DNA of 64,000 nucleotides from Takakia lepidozioides (lineage: Eukaryota; Plantae; Bryophyta): assembly GCA_030704615.1 (NCBI GenBank), contig CM060732.1:22816001-22880000 (forward strand), given 5' to 3'. Every line of letters begins with the position of its first letter. The first letter of the stretch is position 1. The notes under the pieces were generated by a model. The model did no database searches. It worked only from the letters and a program-made list of their open reading frames with translations, and was not told the DNA's origin. Shown here piece after piece: positions 1-12,473 of the stretch. Made by a program: the position numbers and the translations under genes.

Positions 1-483
1 TTCCCCTCCATCTCTGTACTATTTTCATTACCTTGTACTTGTAGTTGCCAAAGCCTCTCTTGGTGGAGGCCAGTCAGTCCGGGGTTTTGGGCTGGGCTAT
101 TCTGCAGGATCAGCATTGCAGCTGGATTTTGGTGTGGGGGTGTTGATGTTTTGATTTCTTGTGTTTGGATCCCCCCCAACACCTGCATGCTTGACTGTGC
201 GCCATGTTGGTTTTGTGTGGGCGCTTGCTTTCATAGGGATTAGGCCGGATTTGATCACCGGTCAATCCTAGAGTATGCTGTCGGTGGTGAGGCTGGAGTG
301 ATGACCAGCAAGACCACCAGTGTTTCTTCTATGGTGAGGCTGGGTTGATGACCAGCCAACCATAGGAGTTCTTGCGGTGGATGCAGGTGCAGGTGCCCTG
401 AGCCATTGGGATATGACCCTTAAACTGCAACAGGTGCCCACCCGTGTCACTATTAGATTAGTACTAGAGCCTTATAGTGTCAC

Positions 484-2426
484 GTGGAGGAGGTGCACAT
501 TGTGAGTGTCATTACGGAGTTACCCAAGGGTTTTGAGGGGAGTACGGCTACAGGCAGTAACAGTGAGAGTGGGTTCACAAGACGAGGTATTCGGTTCAGA
601 CCACCTTCACCGCCACCCTCAATTACTGTAGAGTCAGACACAGACTCGGAGGCTTCATCAACAGGTGTGCACTTTCATTCGCCATTGTTGTGGGACGACA
701 TGGAGGAGATGTATGGAGCTACCAAGGGGCCTCGTAGGTACTCTGGAGCTGTGGGCACAATCGAGTTGGATGACTTTATCCAGGAGTTGACAGCTGGTGT
801 GATTTGCAGCAGATGCGCAATCCACAGCTATTCACCCCATTCATGGCGTGGAAGGGACTGTTCCAGCATTTGGAAGGCCCGCCTATGGACGATTACCACG
901 AGTTCAGGCGAGGACATGAAGCAGAGATTGAGGAGTGGAGGATGTATTGGTCACCTGACTACGTCTCCATTACTCGAGGCACGACGCGACCAGTAGCTGC
1001 ATCAGTACCAATAGCTCCCACTGCCAGCACTAGTAGTGGAGCAAGTAGTGCTGGTACTTCTGCAGGTGGTACCAGTTCAAAAGGTGCTACTACTCCTCCT
1101 GCCACGACTACAACACATGTGCCTAGATTCAACCCGGTGGTGGAGTTCTTCCAGGAGTTGCGGAGGAACTACCAAGGTGTACGGACAGAGAAGCTGCGAA
1201 GTTTGCAAGACTTCCAGCGCAAACCCAGTGAGAGCCTGCGAGAGGCGTACACTCGTATGAGGCGCTTGATAAGTGTGACCCAAGGGGTTACTGAAGCTCA
1301 GGCAATCCAGTTTTGGTATGGAATTCTGGACAAGGAGCTCAAGAGAAGGGTGCGAGATGCAACCCTGTTACAAGCAGCCCAACCCACATTAGCAGATGTG
1401 TTTCTGCTGGCTGAGCGGATTGAGCTCAACATGGTGGAGGAGCGAGTTGTTACAATTGGATTTGGCAAGGACATGCCTGCACGGGGCACAGCTGTCAGCC
1501 CACAGGCACAAGGGACTGCCCAACAGCGTGGTCAGGGGGGCAAGGTTGCCCAGCCCAAGTTCCATGGAGCTTACAGGGGACCTCAGGTGCAGAGGCCCGT
1601 GGCATCTTTTGCAGGCCAACAGCAACCAGGGGTGATATGTTGGACATGTGGAGGACCCCATGTCAAGAGAGATTGCCCAGAGAGTGGCAGAAGGCCGGCA
1701 CAAGCACAGCCTGCACAGTTGCAGTGTGGGCATTGTGGCAAGTATGGGCATGGAGATGCCCAGTGTTATGACTTGCATCCTGAGTTGCGCCCAGGCCAGT
1801 TCCAAGGGAACAATGGTGGCCGGGGGCGAGGTGGACCAGCCCAAAGAGGACGAGGTGGTCGGGCACGAGGTGCAGGCCAAGGGCAAGCTCCACATGGCCA
1901 AGGACGCGGAGGTCAGGGTGTTGACCAAGGCATGGCCAATCGGCTTCAGCAGCTAGAGCAGAGGCTCGCTGCCATGGCTATAGCTCAGGCGGTACCGGCT
2001 CCCAGGCGGGATGGTCCACCTCCTGCTCCTGAGGGAGGAGATATGGGAGGCATGGGATTCATGTGCGGAGCAGCACTACCACTAGAGCAGGTGGAGTCTG
2101 CTGCAGCCGTGACTCGAGGAGCAGCACGAGTTCCTGAGCCACGAGGTGCAGAGGTGGAGTTGGATCCACAACGTGGGGAGGCAAGCCGTCAGGCGAGGCT
2201 GCCTCAGTCATTCACCTTGGCGGAGACAGTGTCAACGCCATCCATGGCACCTAGTTCTCGCCCGACTGTTACCGAGGCGGAGGTTACTATGCCATTGGGG
2301 AGAGCTACACGTGCAGCACTGACACCTGCTGCCAAGGCTAGTGCAGCCGGTGTGTTGTTGGGGGCAGCCACCTCTGTGTGTCAAGCCCCACTGTTCTCGG
2401 CAACCATGATTGCGACGCCGGGGTGA
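484..2426 (+). pseudogene. gag: Retrotransposon gag with two zinc knuckles (frameshift near 800)
   Basis: LQDFQRKPSESLREAYTRM major-homology-like motif; CWTCGGPHVKRDC and CGHCGKYGHGDAQC knuckles; RG-rich tail. Confidence 0.85.
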
Positions 2427-2599
2427 GACCAGCTGCAGTGTTCAGACTAGCAGCAACACTCTGTGAGAGTGGGGAGGTCACTTCATCTTCTGCGGAGTTA
2501 GTGGAAGGTGTAGTGGCAGAGGGATCCTCGGATTTGAGGGTCAAGACTGCCACGGCTGCGCCCTGGCAAGCTGCAGCTGCCAGATTGACGGAGCTGCCA

Positions 2600-3073
2600 G
2601 CTAGGCCAGCCTTTGAGCGCGCCATGGTGACACCTGGAGTTGTCTTGTTAGACAACCAGGGAGGCATTTTCACTTTGAGTGGACCGGCAGGCAAGAAGTA
2701 CCGGCCACTGCGGGTCTTGTTGGACTCGGGAGCTCAGCCACTGATGTTGGGCAGAGCTGCTATTGCAGGTTTGGGCCTCATGGAGGCGGATATGGAGCCT
2801 TGTCCTTTCCAGATACAGACATCTCTGGGAGGATCAGAGCAGGCTCGGGGCATGACACGGCATCAGTTGGCCATTAGACTGCAGCCGGATCATCCTATCG
2901 ATGGCTCAGTAATGCGAGCCAAGGCCATTGTGACAGACGCGGTCTCTTACGATGTCCTCGTTGGTGGGGCAGTGTTATACCCATGGGCTTCACCCTGGAC
3001 TTTTGGGAGGAGTCAGCATCCTACAGGCCTGGATGGCAGTCAGGCGATGGTCGCCGTGCACAGCTCCCTGTGA
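2600..3073 (+). pseudogene. Retroviral-type aspartic protease
   Basis: VLLDSGAQ catalytic motif at ~2715 and YDVLVG C-terminal motif. Confidence 0.8.
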
Positions 3074-3419
3074 CATTCATTGGGGGTATTAGCGGCTGCC
3101 CAGCGGGGCAAGATGCCAACACTAGCCGCCTTTACAGCTGCAGTTAGTTGGCCTGGAGAGTTGCTGGAAGGCAATGCCCATGCAGAGGATGTGCCACCTC
3201 CAGCAGAGCAGGATGACATGCATGGTATGGCGGAGTTGCCTGCCATGGTTGCTCACACTCCATTGTGGGGTACGAGCAAGGATTTGCAGCAGGTTGCTGA
3301 TCGACGGGTGCAACAAGCCTGGGTAGAGGCTTTTGTTCCGTCAGGAGAGGAGGAGAGTGCGGGTATTGCACCAGGACCACCTCAGTTGTCACCATTGGAT
3401 ACCACACCTATTGTGTGGC

Positions 3420-4400
3420 AGTATCCGGATGAAGGCATTTGCCTTCTGGACTTGTTTGGCGGGATCAGCACCGGATTGGCTGCTGTGCACAGGCAGGTGT
3501 ACGAGTTTGACGTTACCTGTATGTGGAGAAGGGATGAGACTGCACGACGCGTCTCACTGCGCCATGTTGCTCAGATGGTGCAGCAGTACCCTGAGTTGTT
3601 GCCGGTGTCTGCAGTTCGTGGATATCAACAGGCCTTGCCAGCAGACATTTCGTTGCTGGGGGCGCAGATTTGGAGCGGGTTGGCTCCATTGATCTGGTAG
3701 TGGCAGGTTGGCCCTGCCAAGGGCATTCATCAGCCGGGCATGGCAATGGATTGCGAGACTCGAGGACGGGTCTGTTTTGGGAGATGGTGCGGATTTTGCG
3801 CCACTTGCAGCTTCATCAAGCTGTATCTCCGGCATACATCTTGGAGAATGTGCCACTGATGGGTGATTCTCGGGCCAGGGTGATGGCCAGTGTGCATCAA
3901 GTCCGGTCGTGGCTTGGGTCAGCAGTGTTGCTGGATGCAGCTGCAGTGGGGTCACGGGCTCATCGTCCACGCTATGGTGGACTAACTTGATGCCACCCGC
4001 ACTGCTCAAGCGTGCATTTGATGGGGTGCAGCGGCCAGCACACCTCACCGTGGATGGCATTTTGGACACAGGAAGGCAGTCTCAACGTGTGAGACACGAT
4101 GACCGTTCGCCTTTGGCAGTGGTCAACAGGGTGGGTCAACCACGAGCAGCATTACCTACACTGCTCAGCTTCCCAGGATCCCATGCTTTTCGGGATGGTG
4201 GACCTGGCCTCCTGTGGGATGCTCAGTTGCAACAGTTAGTGGAGCCTAATGCCGACGAGCGAGAGCGGGCTATGGGGTTTTCCACTGGGACCACGGCGGT
4301 GCCTTCTCTTTCTGAGGCATCACGTCGTCAGGTGTTGGGGCAAGCAATGGATCTCAATTGCTTGACCTGGATTATCAGCTTGGCTATGGCTGAGCAACGT
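3420..4400 (+). pseudogene. C5-cytosine DNA methyltransferase domain (DNMT3-like) inside pol, frameshifted
   Basis: Motifs in order over three frames: I LLDLFGGISTG (~3443); IV DLVVAGWPCQGHS (~3690-3730); V TGLFWEMVRIL; VI YILENV (~3835); VIII AHRPR (~3960); IX ERERAMGF (~4260); X RQVLGQAMD (~4330). Confidence 0.9.
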
Positions 4401-4843
4401 AGAGTGCGGAGCGCACTTCCCTTGACGGTCTCTCTGCCTACCGAGACGGTACAGGCAGCGAGTGGGGGCGAGCCGGTGAGGACCACGGGGTGTAGACATC
4501 CATGGCACACGTGGGAGGTGCTCGAGGTCCAGAGGGAGTTGGCAGCCAAGGCAGCTGTGATGGATGACAGGTTGGGGATTCTTCTCGGGTTGAGGAGGTT
4601 CTCAATGATGAGATGATGGGGCAGGATGAGGCCTTGTCATTGACTGAGCAGGAAGGGAGTACTGCTCAAGAGGTTGCAGCATAGCAACCACGGGACGCGT
4701 CCTCTACCTCTAAGCCCACTGGACTTAAGGTTGCAGTTACGGAGGACAATTGGGAGCCTGACATTGGACCCATTGTCACCGGAGGAGAGAGACGACGTAT
4801 ACGGCGGTTCCTGAGGGCTTACAGGAATTGCTTTGCCTCCAGT

Positions 4844-5981
4844 TTGAAGGACTTGGGAGCACTGAAGGGTCAAGAGATTCGCATTGAATTGGCCACTGAC
4901 ACGCCAATCTTTCGGAGACCCTATAGATACAGTGACATGGAGAGGTCCTTGATTCAGATGAGAACTCAGGATCTTGGGAGGCAGGTTTGGTGGAGCTCTC
5001 TGGTGGAGAGTATGCTTCAGCCACAGTGATGCCAGCCAAGAAGGATGTCTATGGCAATTGGACGGAGAGACGTATGTGCGGTGATTACCGGCCTGTAAAT
5101 CGTCAGACCAAGTCCGATAGGTATGCCATGCCGACACCAGAAGAGATCTTTGATGCCATTGGGCATTCCAAGGTCTTTAGCACGTTGGATTTACGATCCG
5201 GATATCACCAGTTGCCGATCAAGGAGGCGGATAAGCAAAAGACGGCATTCTGGGGGATCAATGAGCACGGGAAGGATTGCCTATACCAGTGGCGGTTCTT
5301 ACCATTTGGGCTTAAAAATGCTTCCACTGAGTTTCAAAGAGTCATGGACAGGATTCTAGCAGGGGTGGAGTTTGCTCGGTGCTACATAGATGACATCATC
5401 ATCTTTAGTGCTACGGTGGAGGAGCATGAGAGACACCTTCAGGGGGTATTTGAGCGCTTGAGGACGCACGGATTGAAGTTACATCCAGGCAAGTGCAAGT
5501 TTTCCACAACCAGATTGAGTATCTGGGTCACATGATATATCCTGGAGGATTGGGGGTACATCAGACTAAGGTAGAGTCCATTGCACAGGTTCCACGCCCC
5601 ACGGATGTGAGCCGAGTTCGAGCTTTCATGGGGTTAGCAAACTATTACAGACGGTTTGTTAAGGGATTTAGTGCCATTGCAAAGGCTCTAACCAAGCTGA
5701 CCAAGGTGGACCAGGAGTGGCAGTGGGAAGATGAGCAAGAACAAGCTTTTCAAGAGCTCAAGGCGAGGTTGACCTCGGCGCCCATCTTGAGACGACCTAT
5801 GAGGGGGCGTCCTTTTCAGCTGCATACAGATTGGAGCATGCTGGGGCTTGGAGCGGTGCTCACACAGGTGGATGATGAGGGAAGAGAGTTCGTAGTGGCT
5901 TATGCTAGCCGCTCGAACAATGCTGCAGAGTCTAAGTATAGCTCATATGAGGGAGAATGCTTAGCTGCAGTGTGGGCCGTG
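4844..5981 (+). pseudogene. pol: Reverse transcriptase and N-terminal part of RNase H
   Basis: ORFs 4844-5029, 4987-5535 and 5493-6059 carry RT/RH motifs; RH is cut at AAVWAV by the LTR start TGTCGCG at 5982. Confidence 0.92.
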
Positions 5982-6935
5982 TGTCGCGCTGCTTTTACTC
6001 ACCCATCCCTTCGCTATCCGAGGCGGAAACTCCAAGATAGAAGAGTTGGAAATCTCTAAGTACTCAGCCCGCGCAGAACAATCAGTCATGACCTACAGCT
6101 AGTGTATCATGGGGGTGTTTCCTATGCGTTTCCCTTTCCGCATTCATCTTAGCTACCTTTGGCATTGATAATTAAGTATCAGTTTGCTTCATCAATCTAT
6201 CGGTTTCCTTCACTCATCCATTCAATCCACAGCTTCTCTCAGATCTCTCTACACAGTGTGATTGTATCGTATAAGTATCAGATTATGATTTATCAGGTAT
6301 CAGGCCGAAGCCATTATGTCTCTAATCTGCTCTCCAATATCACTACAGCTTTGCATATAACAAGCATCTACTAATCCTCTTTTCTCCTTCATCGTGCTCT
6401 CCATCTCTTGCCTCCGATCTCCGCTCCTGCCTGACTCCGAAGTCCTCCTCCGAATAATGATGATCCTCCTTCATTCCCCGTTTCTCCCTTTATCCTCCTA
6501 TCCGCGGTTCTAACCGTTTCCCTCTCTAACCGTCGTCTGTGAACTAACATGTTCCCTTCACAGGTGTTGTTCCCCACAGTCGTTCCCTGTCCTACTCTTC
6601 GTTCCCTATTATCGTGACAGCTGTGTCAAGCGGTGATTGGCTGTGTCGGGCTGTGACTGGCTGTGTGGGCTGTGTCTGCTGTGACGACTGTGACGGGCTG
6701 TGTGGGCTGTGTCTGCTGTGACGACTGTGACGGGGCTGTGTTGGCTGTGTGGGCTGTGACGACTGTGACGGACTGTGTTGGCTGTGTCGGCTGTGTCGGC
6801 TGTGACGACTGTGTAACCCCCCTCTACAGTGCGCTGCTGTCACCCCTAAGGCTCCTGTTGGTCTCAGTCTGTGCAAAATTAAGGGTACCCTACAGATCCC
6901 GTATAAGTGTCTAAGTCCCCTACAGTCCTCTAACA
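5982..6935 (-). repeat. LTR-B 3' LTR (minus strand); PPT at 6936-6952
   Basis: Minus strand runs TGTTAGAGG...CGCGACA, preceded by purine tract GAGGGGGGAAGGGGTAA. Matches LTRs at 14065-14980 and 30925-31863. Contains an internal GGCTGTG-rich minisatellite. Confidence 0.9.
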
Positions 6936-7086
6936 TTACCCCTTCCCCCCTCAAAAAGCCGTGTCCTCACGGTTTACTGTTTTCGAGTAGCAAACCTTTG
7001 TGAGTGAGCACCTTGTTGACGTTGATAGTTTCGTGGTGGGCTGTGTGTACGAGCCCGAGGTCTGTCTCTGGTTGATGGAGATGGTT

Positions 7087-7586
7087 NNNNNNNNNNNNNN
7101 NNNNNNNNNNNNNNNNNNNNNNNNNNNNNNNNNNNNNNNNNNNNNNNNNNNNNNNNNNNNNNNNNNNNNNNNNNNNNNNNNNNNNNNNNNNNNNNNNNNN
7201 NNNNNNNNNNNNNNNNNNNNNNNNNNNNNNNNNNNNNNNNNNNNNNNNNNNNNNNNNNNNNNNNNNNNNNNNNNNNNNNNNNNNNNNNNNNNNNNNNNNN
7301 NNNNNNNNNNNNNNNNNNNNNNNNNNNNNNNNNNNNNNNNNNNNNNNNNNNNNNNNNNNNNNNNNNNNNNNNNNNNNNNNNNNNNNNNNNNNNNNNNNNN
7401 NNNNNNNNNNNNNNNNNNNNNNNNNNNNNNNNNNNNNNNNNNNNNNNNNNNNNNNNNNNNNNNNNNNNNNNNNNNNNNNNNNNNNNNNNNNNNNNNNNNN
7501 NNNNNNNNNNNNNNNNNNNNNNNNNNNNNNNNNNNNNNNNNNNNNNNNNNNNNNNNNNNNNNNNNNNNNNNNNNNNNNNNNNNNNN
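7087..7586. other. Assembly gap (500 N)
   Basis: Run of N. Confidence 1.
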
Positions 7587-8488
7587 ATCATCACTTCCAC
7601 ATCTGCTGTTCATGACAGGACCTACGACATCACGGTTTCCAATTTCCCCAATTGCACATGTCCTGATTTTGTGAATATGCTATCAACCAGTTTGGGCAAG
7701 AGAGGTAAATTCATACCCTGCAAACATTTGTATTTCATATTTTTGAGGAGGATGGTTTGCGATCCCAAACGTGACAACTTCATTCACCAGGCCACTATGA
7801 GTTTCAACGAGGTCGATACTCTTTTGCAGCGGGATACAACACATGGGTAGCATGAACTATGTAATGTGGTATGTGGATGACCATGATTTGAAATGTGTAA
7901 TTCACATCAATTCGTCGGCTGTGCAATGATATGGCCTCCAACTATACGGAGTGAGGTCTGAGTGACAACTTTTAGGTAGTGCACATTTGTCATTGCACCG
8001 TTCGAAGTCTACATGTCTTGCTGTCGCTATGCACTACAATCATCTTTTGAAGATGATCATAACTCTCATTGTTATTTGAGGAGGGAGGAAGTCTTCTCGT
8101 GGCAGCCTTTATGGCGCACACTTTGTGAGGATATTTTGTCGTCTTCGTAATTGTAAAAGTGAAACAAACATTTGTAATTGCACAATGTTGGATGCTGCAA
8201 TTGTAGGCCTCAACGCTCGTCTTGATTCTATTTAGGCAAGATTCCCTGCATTAATTCCACGGTCATAGGACCATCCACGGTTATAGGCGGTGCATGTTAA
8301 TGCTGACGTGGCAGTTGACGGACAGTGCCACGTCATCATTTACCGCCACATCAGCATGCTGACATGACGCTCACACCACGTCAGCATGTGTGCAGGCTCA
8401 CGCCACGTCAGCTGGCGTGAGCGTACGCTCACGCCACGTCACTCCTGCGTGAGCGTACGCTCGCGCGCTCACGTGCAACGCTCACGCC
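7587..8488 (+). mobile_element. 3' end of a third, divergent SWIM-transposase (MULE-like) element, inserted into the subfamily-2 MTase gene
   Basis: 7587-7850 translates YDITVSNFPNCTCPDF...IPCKHLYFIFL...FIHQ* (SWIM; similar to the 17147 C-terminus). GCTCACG/CGTGAGC repeats at ~8330-8488. The host exon resumes in frame at 8489. Confidence 0.7.
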
Positions 8489-11400
8489 ATTGCGTCGTTG
8501 CAAGAGCAGCTGGACACACAAGCACATCAGTTCAAGATGGAGATATCTCCTGCAGCAGAGAGCCTACGTGACTATGTGACGAGGTACTTCCTGCTCTACA
8601 AAACCAACCTATTCTTTCGGGAGATAGCAGATGCTCGCCGGAGCCACGAGTTCACCGACCAGCCGAACGCGGACAAAGCAGCAATGCGCCTTCTGTACAG
8701 GTACATACGCGCTGCCTTTCTTTCAAGTCCTGGCATTTCAGGATGTTAGAGGCCTCAAGTGGTGTTAGGGAAAATGGCGCCGAATTCCCAGTCAGGGCTC
8801 CGAAAATGGCTAAGTCCCTAGACTGGCTGGCCCGGAACTGGAAATTCGGCGCCATTTTCCAGTTCCAGGCCCTATTGCCGTTCAGGGACTTAGCCATTTT
8901 CGGCCTAAGTCCCTAGACTGGCTGGCCCTGAAGTGGAAATTCGGCGCCATATTCCAGTTTTAGGCCCTATTGCCGTTCAGGGACTTAGCCATTTTCGGGC
9001 TAAGTCCCTAGTGTGGCTGGCCCGGAACTGGAAATTCGGCGCCGTTTTCCAGTTCTAGGCCCTATTGCCGTCCAGGGACTTAGCCATTTTCGGGCTAAGT
9101 CCCTAGGGTGGCTGGCCCGGAACTGGAAATTCGGCGCCGTTTTCCAGTTCTAGGCCCTATTGCCGTCCAGGGACTTAGCCATTTTCGGGCTAAGTCCCTA
9201 GGGTGGCTGGCCCGGAACTGGAAATTCGGCGCCGTTTTCCAGTTGTAGGCCCTATTGCCGTCCAGGGACTTAGCCATTTTCGGGCTAAGTCCCTAGACTG
9301 GCTGGCTCTGAACTGGAAATTCGGCGCCATTTTCCAGTTCCAGGCCCTATTGCCGTTCAGGGACTTAGCCATTTTCGGGCTAAGTCCCTAGACTGGGTGG
9401 CCCTGAAGTGGAAATTCGGCGCCATATTCCAGTTGTAGGCCCTATTGCCGTTCAGGGGCTTAGCCATTTTCGGACCTCATTGTGTTTTTCATGAATGCAG
9501 GTACTGTAAGTTCTCGCTTTTGGAGAAAGGTCATCTGTCTTTCGAGCCACCATTCTTCCTGGCATGGAGGAACCCTGGGGCTGACTCCATGTACACTGAC
9601 GATATTGTGAAGGAGTGGCATCTGGAACATTTGCGTGATTGCCCTTGGTATGTGGACCTTCCGCCCGGCTCGCTCGACCCATCCGAGTTTCAATTGAAGC
9701 TGGATGCTGAATTCCGACGAAACCGGGCTCCGCTGCCTCCGTTGGGTGCAAAAGAGGCAAAAGCGCTTGCGAACTCCAGGAAAGCGGCAGAGCTTGCTCA
9801 GGCAGGAATTCAGGAGAAATTGCATGAGAAGAGTAAAGGTCAAAGGAAAAGGACAAGGAAATAGGTGACTGCAGTAACACCCAAAAAGAAGAAAACCATC
9901 GGGGCATCGGAGGAGGCGCAGGAGGGGACCCAAGAGAGTGACTCCGACGCCGATTTTGTTCAAGGTCCTGCGACTGCTATTGCTCCTACCCAGTCACCGG
10001 TCGTCCGGGTTCCCAAGTCAGTTCGGAGTGGGACTGGCTCTGCCAAGAAGTTGGCATTTGAGGGCGAGCCTACACGGCGGTATTCGGCGGTGACGTTTAC
10101 GCACAGGCCAAAGCTAGAACCTCCAACCATCATCCAATGCGTCAATGAGAGCTTCCTTGACGCTCTCGCTGCCAGGGCAAAGAAGGTGGCACACAACAAG
10201 TCTCTGGCGGAGCAGAAGGGGAAAGCCAAGAAGAGGGCTGCCGGTACAGAGCCTAAAGACACCCCTGGTTTTGAAGCCATGATGGAATTCTTCACGGCTG
10301 TGAGCACGAATTGCAAGAGCACTCGGGGGGGGGTTGAGGTGGAGAGAGCTTGCGACATGATTCTCCTCGACATTCCAGATGGGGAGCTGCTGGAGGGCCT
10401 GGATGGTGTGCCCACCTGGAACAGGTTTACTGAGGACTACTGGAAAGCCGGGTTTGGGCTGGCGGGGATGCTTCTGGATGACGGTGGATGTGTGGTTGTC
10501 CTTGCCACGAGAGGGAAGACCACAGAGAATGCGGTGGCAAGGTGGACACCGAAAAGTGTCACCCCGGTCCTCCTCAGAAAATGGTTCTGCATCAGTACGC
10601 AGGGGTTGCGAACAGAGGGCCAAAGTGTAAGTTATCAATCTATTGCATTCACTTCATATTGTGGTGTATGTTAAGTAGACCCTGGAATTGATCCCTTCTT
10701 TGTTGGATGTGCAGACATTGGTGTTTGAGGCATATTGCTTTGTGAAGAGAGGGTCTACGTTCAAATTCCGCAACGACGGTCGTCTTGTTGATGCCGCTGT
10801 GGACCCTGTAACCTACGATGTCCTCTACAACTATGTGCCCCACTCTAGTATGCCGAAGGACACAAAGACAGGCAAACCGTGGCGGTACAGCCGGACCCGG
10901 AGCCCTGCTTTCATCCAAACCCTCATGGAGACGTGCTCGGATGTCCAAGGGCGGATTCTGGACCTCACATGCGGCACGGGTAAGCCTTCACGTGCTCAGT
11001 TTGTCCCCTGGCCCCATTGCAATTGCATGCCGCAAGCTATTAACCGCCCGCTTTGTTCCTCAGGTGCTTCAATGTGGGCAGGGACGTTGTCCGACAGGCA
11101 TGTGTTCGCCTTCGAGCCAGATACTGCCCTCCACAACTCGGAACTTGCAGCGGCTGAACGTCTGCCGAAAGAGGAAGAGGCATCCTCGGAGGATGAGGAA
11201 AAATCCGAGAAGGAGCAGGGGGAGGAAGTTGGGATCGAGGCCGAGGAGCCCCCGGTTTACGAGTGAGTATACAATGCCTCCAGATTTTGTGAGGCACCTC
11301 CCTCCGCTCTCTTATTTCATTGAAAACCCTTTCTGGTTGTGCTGGTATTGACATTCTTCAAGTGGATTTGTTCTTACTGTAGATGCCAAGTACTGCCGGA

Positions 11401-11841
11401 GGGACGTCTACACCGGAGTTCATGGGCAGGAGGAACGTGCCTTTTTTTGCCAGGGGGGATTTCATGCCTAGTCCAGAAAGGGAGTACATCCTTCCTACTT
11501 ATGCTGCCCGGCTTGCTTCGGTGTCCGTTAGGAGGTGTTCCGAACGTAGTCGTGTACAACAGATTTTAGACGAGGCAAGCCTCAAGAAAATGAAGATGAG
11601 GGAGGAGGCAGCAGCTATTAGAGCCCGTCGGGCTCGTAGATTTGTGTTGGATTCTGCTGAGGAAAGTGGGGGAGAAGACGCAGAAGATTCCCAGGAGGTG
11701 AGGTGGACAGTCCCCCAAGGAGAGGACGGGATTTTTGAGAGGCATAGTGGAACTGATGCATCACAGAGCTCGGAGGATGAGGGGGATGAGGGGGATGAGG
11801 AAGAAGGTGGGGCAAGTTCCTCGGAGGCTGTAGGAGAGTAG
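8489..11841 (+). pseudogene. 3' part of ParB-MTase fusion gene, subfamily 2 (amino-methyltransferase-like domain)
   Basis: Approximate exons 8489-8700, 9501-10626, 10715-10979, 11064-11262, 11383-11841 with GT-AG introns. Motifs CDMILLDIPDG, YSRTRSPAFIQTLMETCS, RILDLTCGTG|ASMWAG..SDRHVFAFE. Collinear with 26.2k-23.5k. Stop at 9862. Confidence 0.8.
8770..9472. repeat. Intronic tandem repeat, 95-bp unit, ~7 copies; each unit is internally palindromic
   Basis: Unit GGCTAAGTCCC...GGAAATTCGGCGCCRTTTTCC...GGGACTTAGCC, inside intron 8701-9500. Confidence 0.9.
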
Positions 11842-12062
11842 TGCCCATTCCGGCTATGACAGTTAGAACACACTTGTATAGACGTGGCTTGCCACAAAAT
11901 TTGCAATAAAATGTTGCATTTCAAGTCCACTGGTGCCACATTCCAACTTCACATGACCCTATTTCCGTGCCTCCTAACCCTATTTCCGTGGACTCACAAT
12001 GGTCTGCTCATGCTTTTTTTTTTTCCGCTCATGCTCATGCCGCTCATGAAATAGCAGGCCCC

Positions 12063-12473
12063 ATGTTCTTCCAGTCTCCGCTCCTCGCTTTATCTTCCTT
12101 TTCGTGGTTCTAACCGTTTCCCTCACTAACCGTCATCCGTGAACTAACATGTTCCATTCGCAGATGTTGTTCCCCACTGTCGTTCCCTGTTCTGCTATTT
12201 GTTCCCTATGGTCGTGACAGCTGTGTCAAGCTGTGACTCGCTGTGCGACTGTGTTGGGCTGTGTCGGGCTGTGTCGAACTGTGACTGGCTGTGACGGCTG
12301 TGTCGACTGTGTCGGCTGTGACGGGCTGTGTTGGCTGTGACGGGCTGTGTAACCCCCCCTCTAAAGTGCGCTGCTGTCACCCCTAAGGCTCCTGTTGGTC
12401 TAAGTCTGTGCAAAAATTAAGGGTACCCCACAGATCCCGTAAAAGTGCCTAGGTCCCAGACAGTCCTCTAACA
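12063..12473 (-). repeat. LTR-B partial LTR, cut by the MULE end at 12062 and inserted into another LTR-B copy
   Basis: Ends CAGTCCTCTAACA on the plus strand; followed directly by LTR-B accessory ORF sequence. Confidence 0.8.

Larger units (their letters stand above)
484..5981 (+). mobile_element. Decayed Ty3/Gypsy LTR retrotransposon internal region (gag-PR-DNMT-RT-RH), truncated by an LTR-B insertion at 5982
   Basis: Order is gag, LLDSGA protease, RT (CGDYRPVN, LDLRSGYHQ, PFGLKNA, YIDD), RNase H (HTDWS..GLGAVL..VVAYASR..YSSYEGECLA). PR-RT-RH order is Gypsy-type. Multiple frameshifts. Confidence 0.93.
8489..12062 (+). mobile_element. MULE subfamily 2, right arm (MTase gene plus terminus)
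   Basis: The terminal ~160 bp match 49180-49322 and end GCTCATGAAATAGCAGGCCCC. Intron repeats match those at 47.2-49.2 kb. Confidence 0.85.

Noticed and set aside
1-483. 5' LTR and PBS of the DNMT-Gypsy (TGGTGGAG at 61)
   Set aside because: Not immediately preceded by a clear CA LTR end, and no second LTR is in the window to confirm.
6951-7674. ORFs spanning N runs (also 60306-61164)
   Set aside because: Artefacts of assembly gaps.
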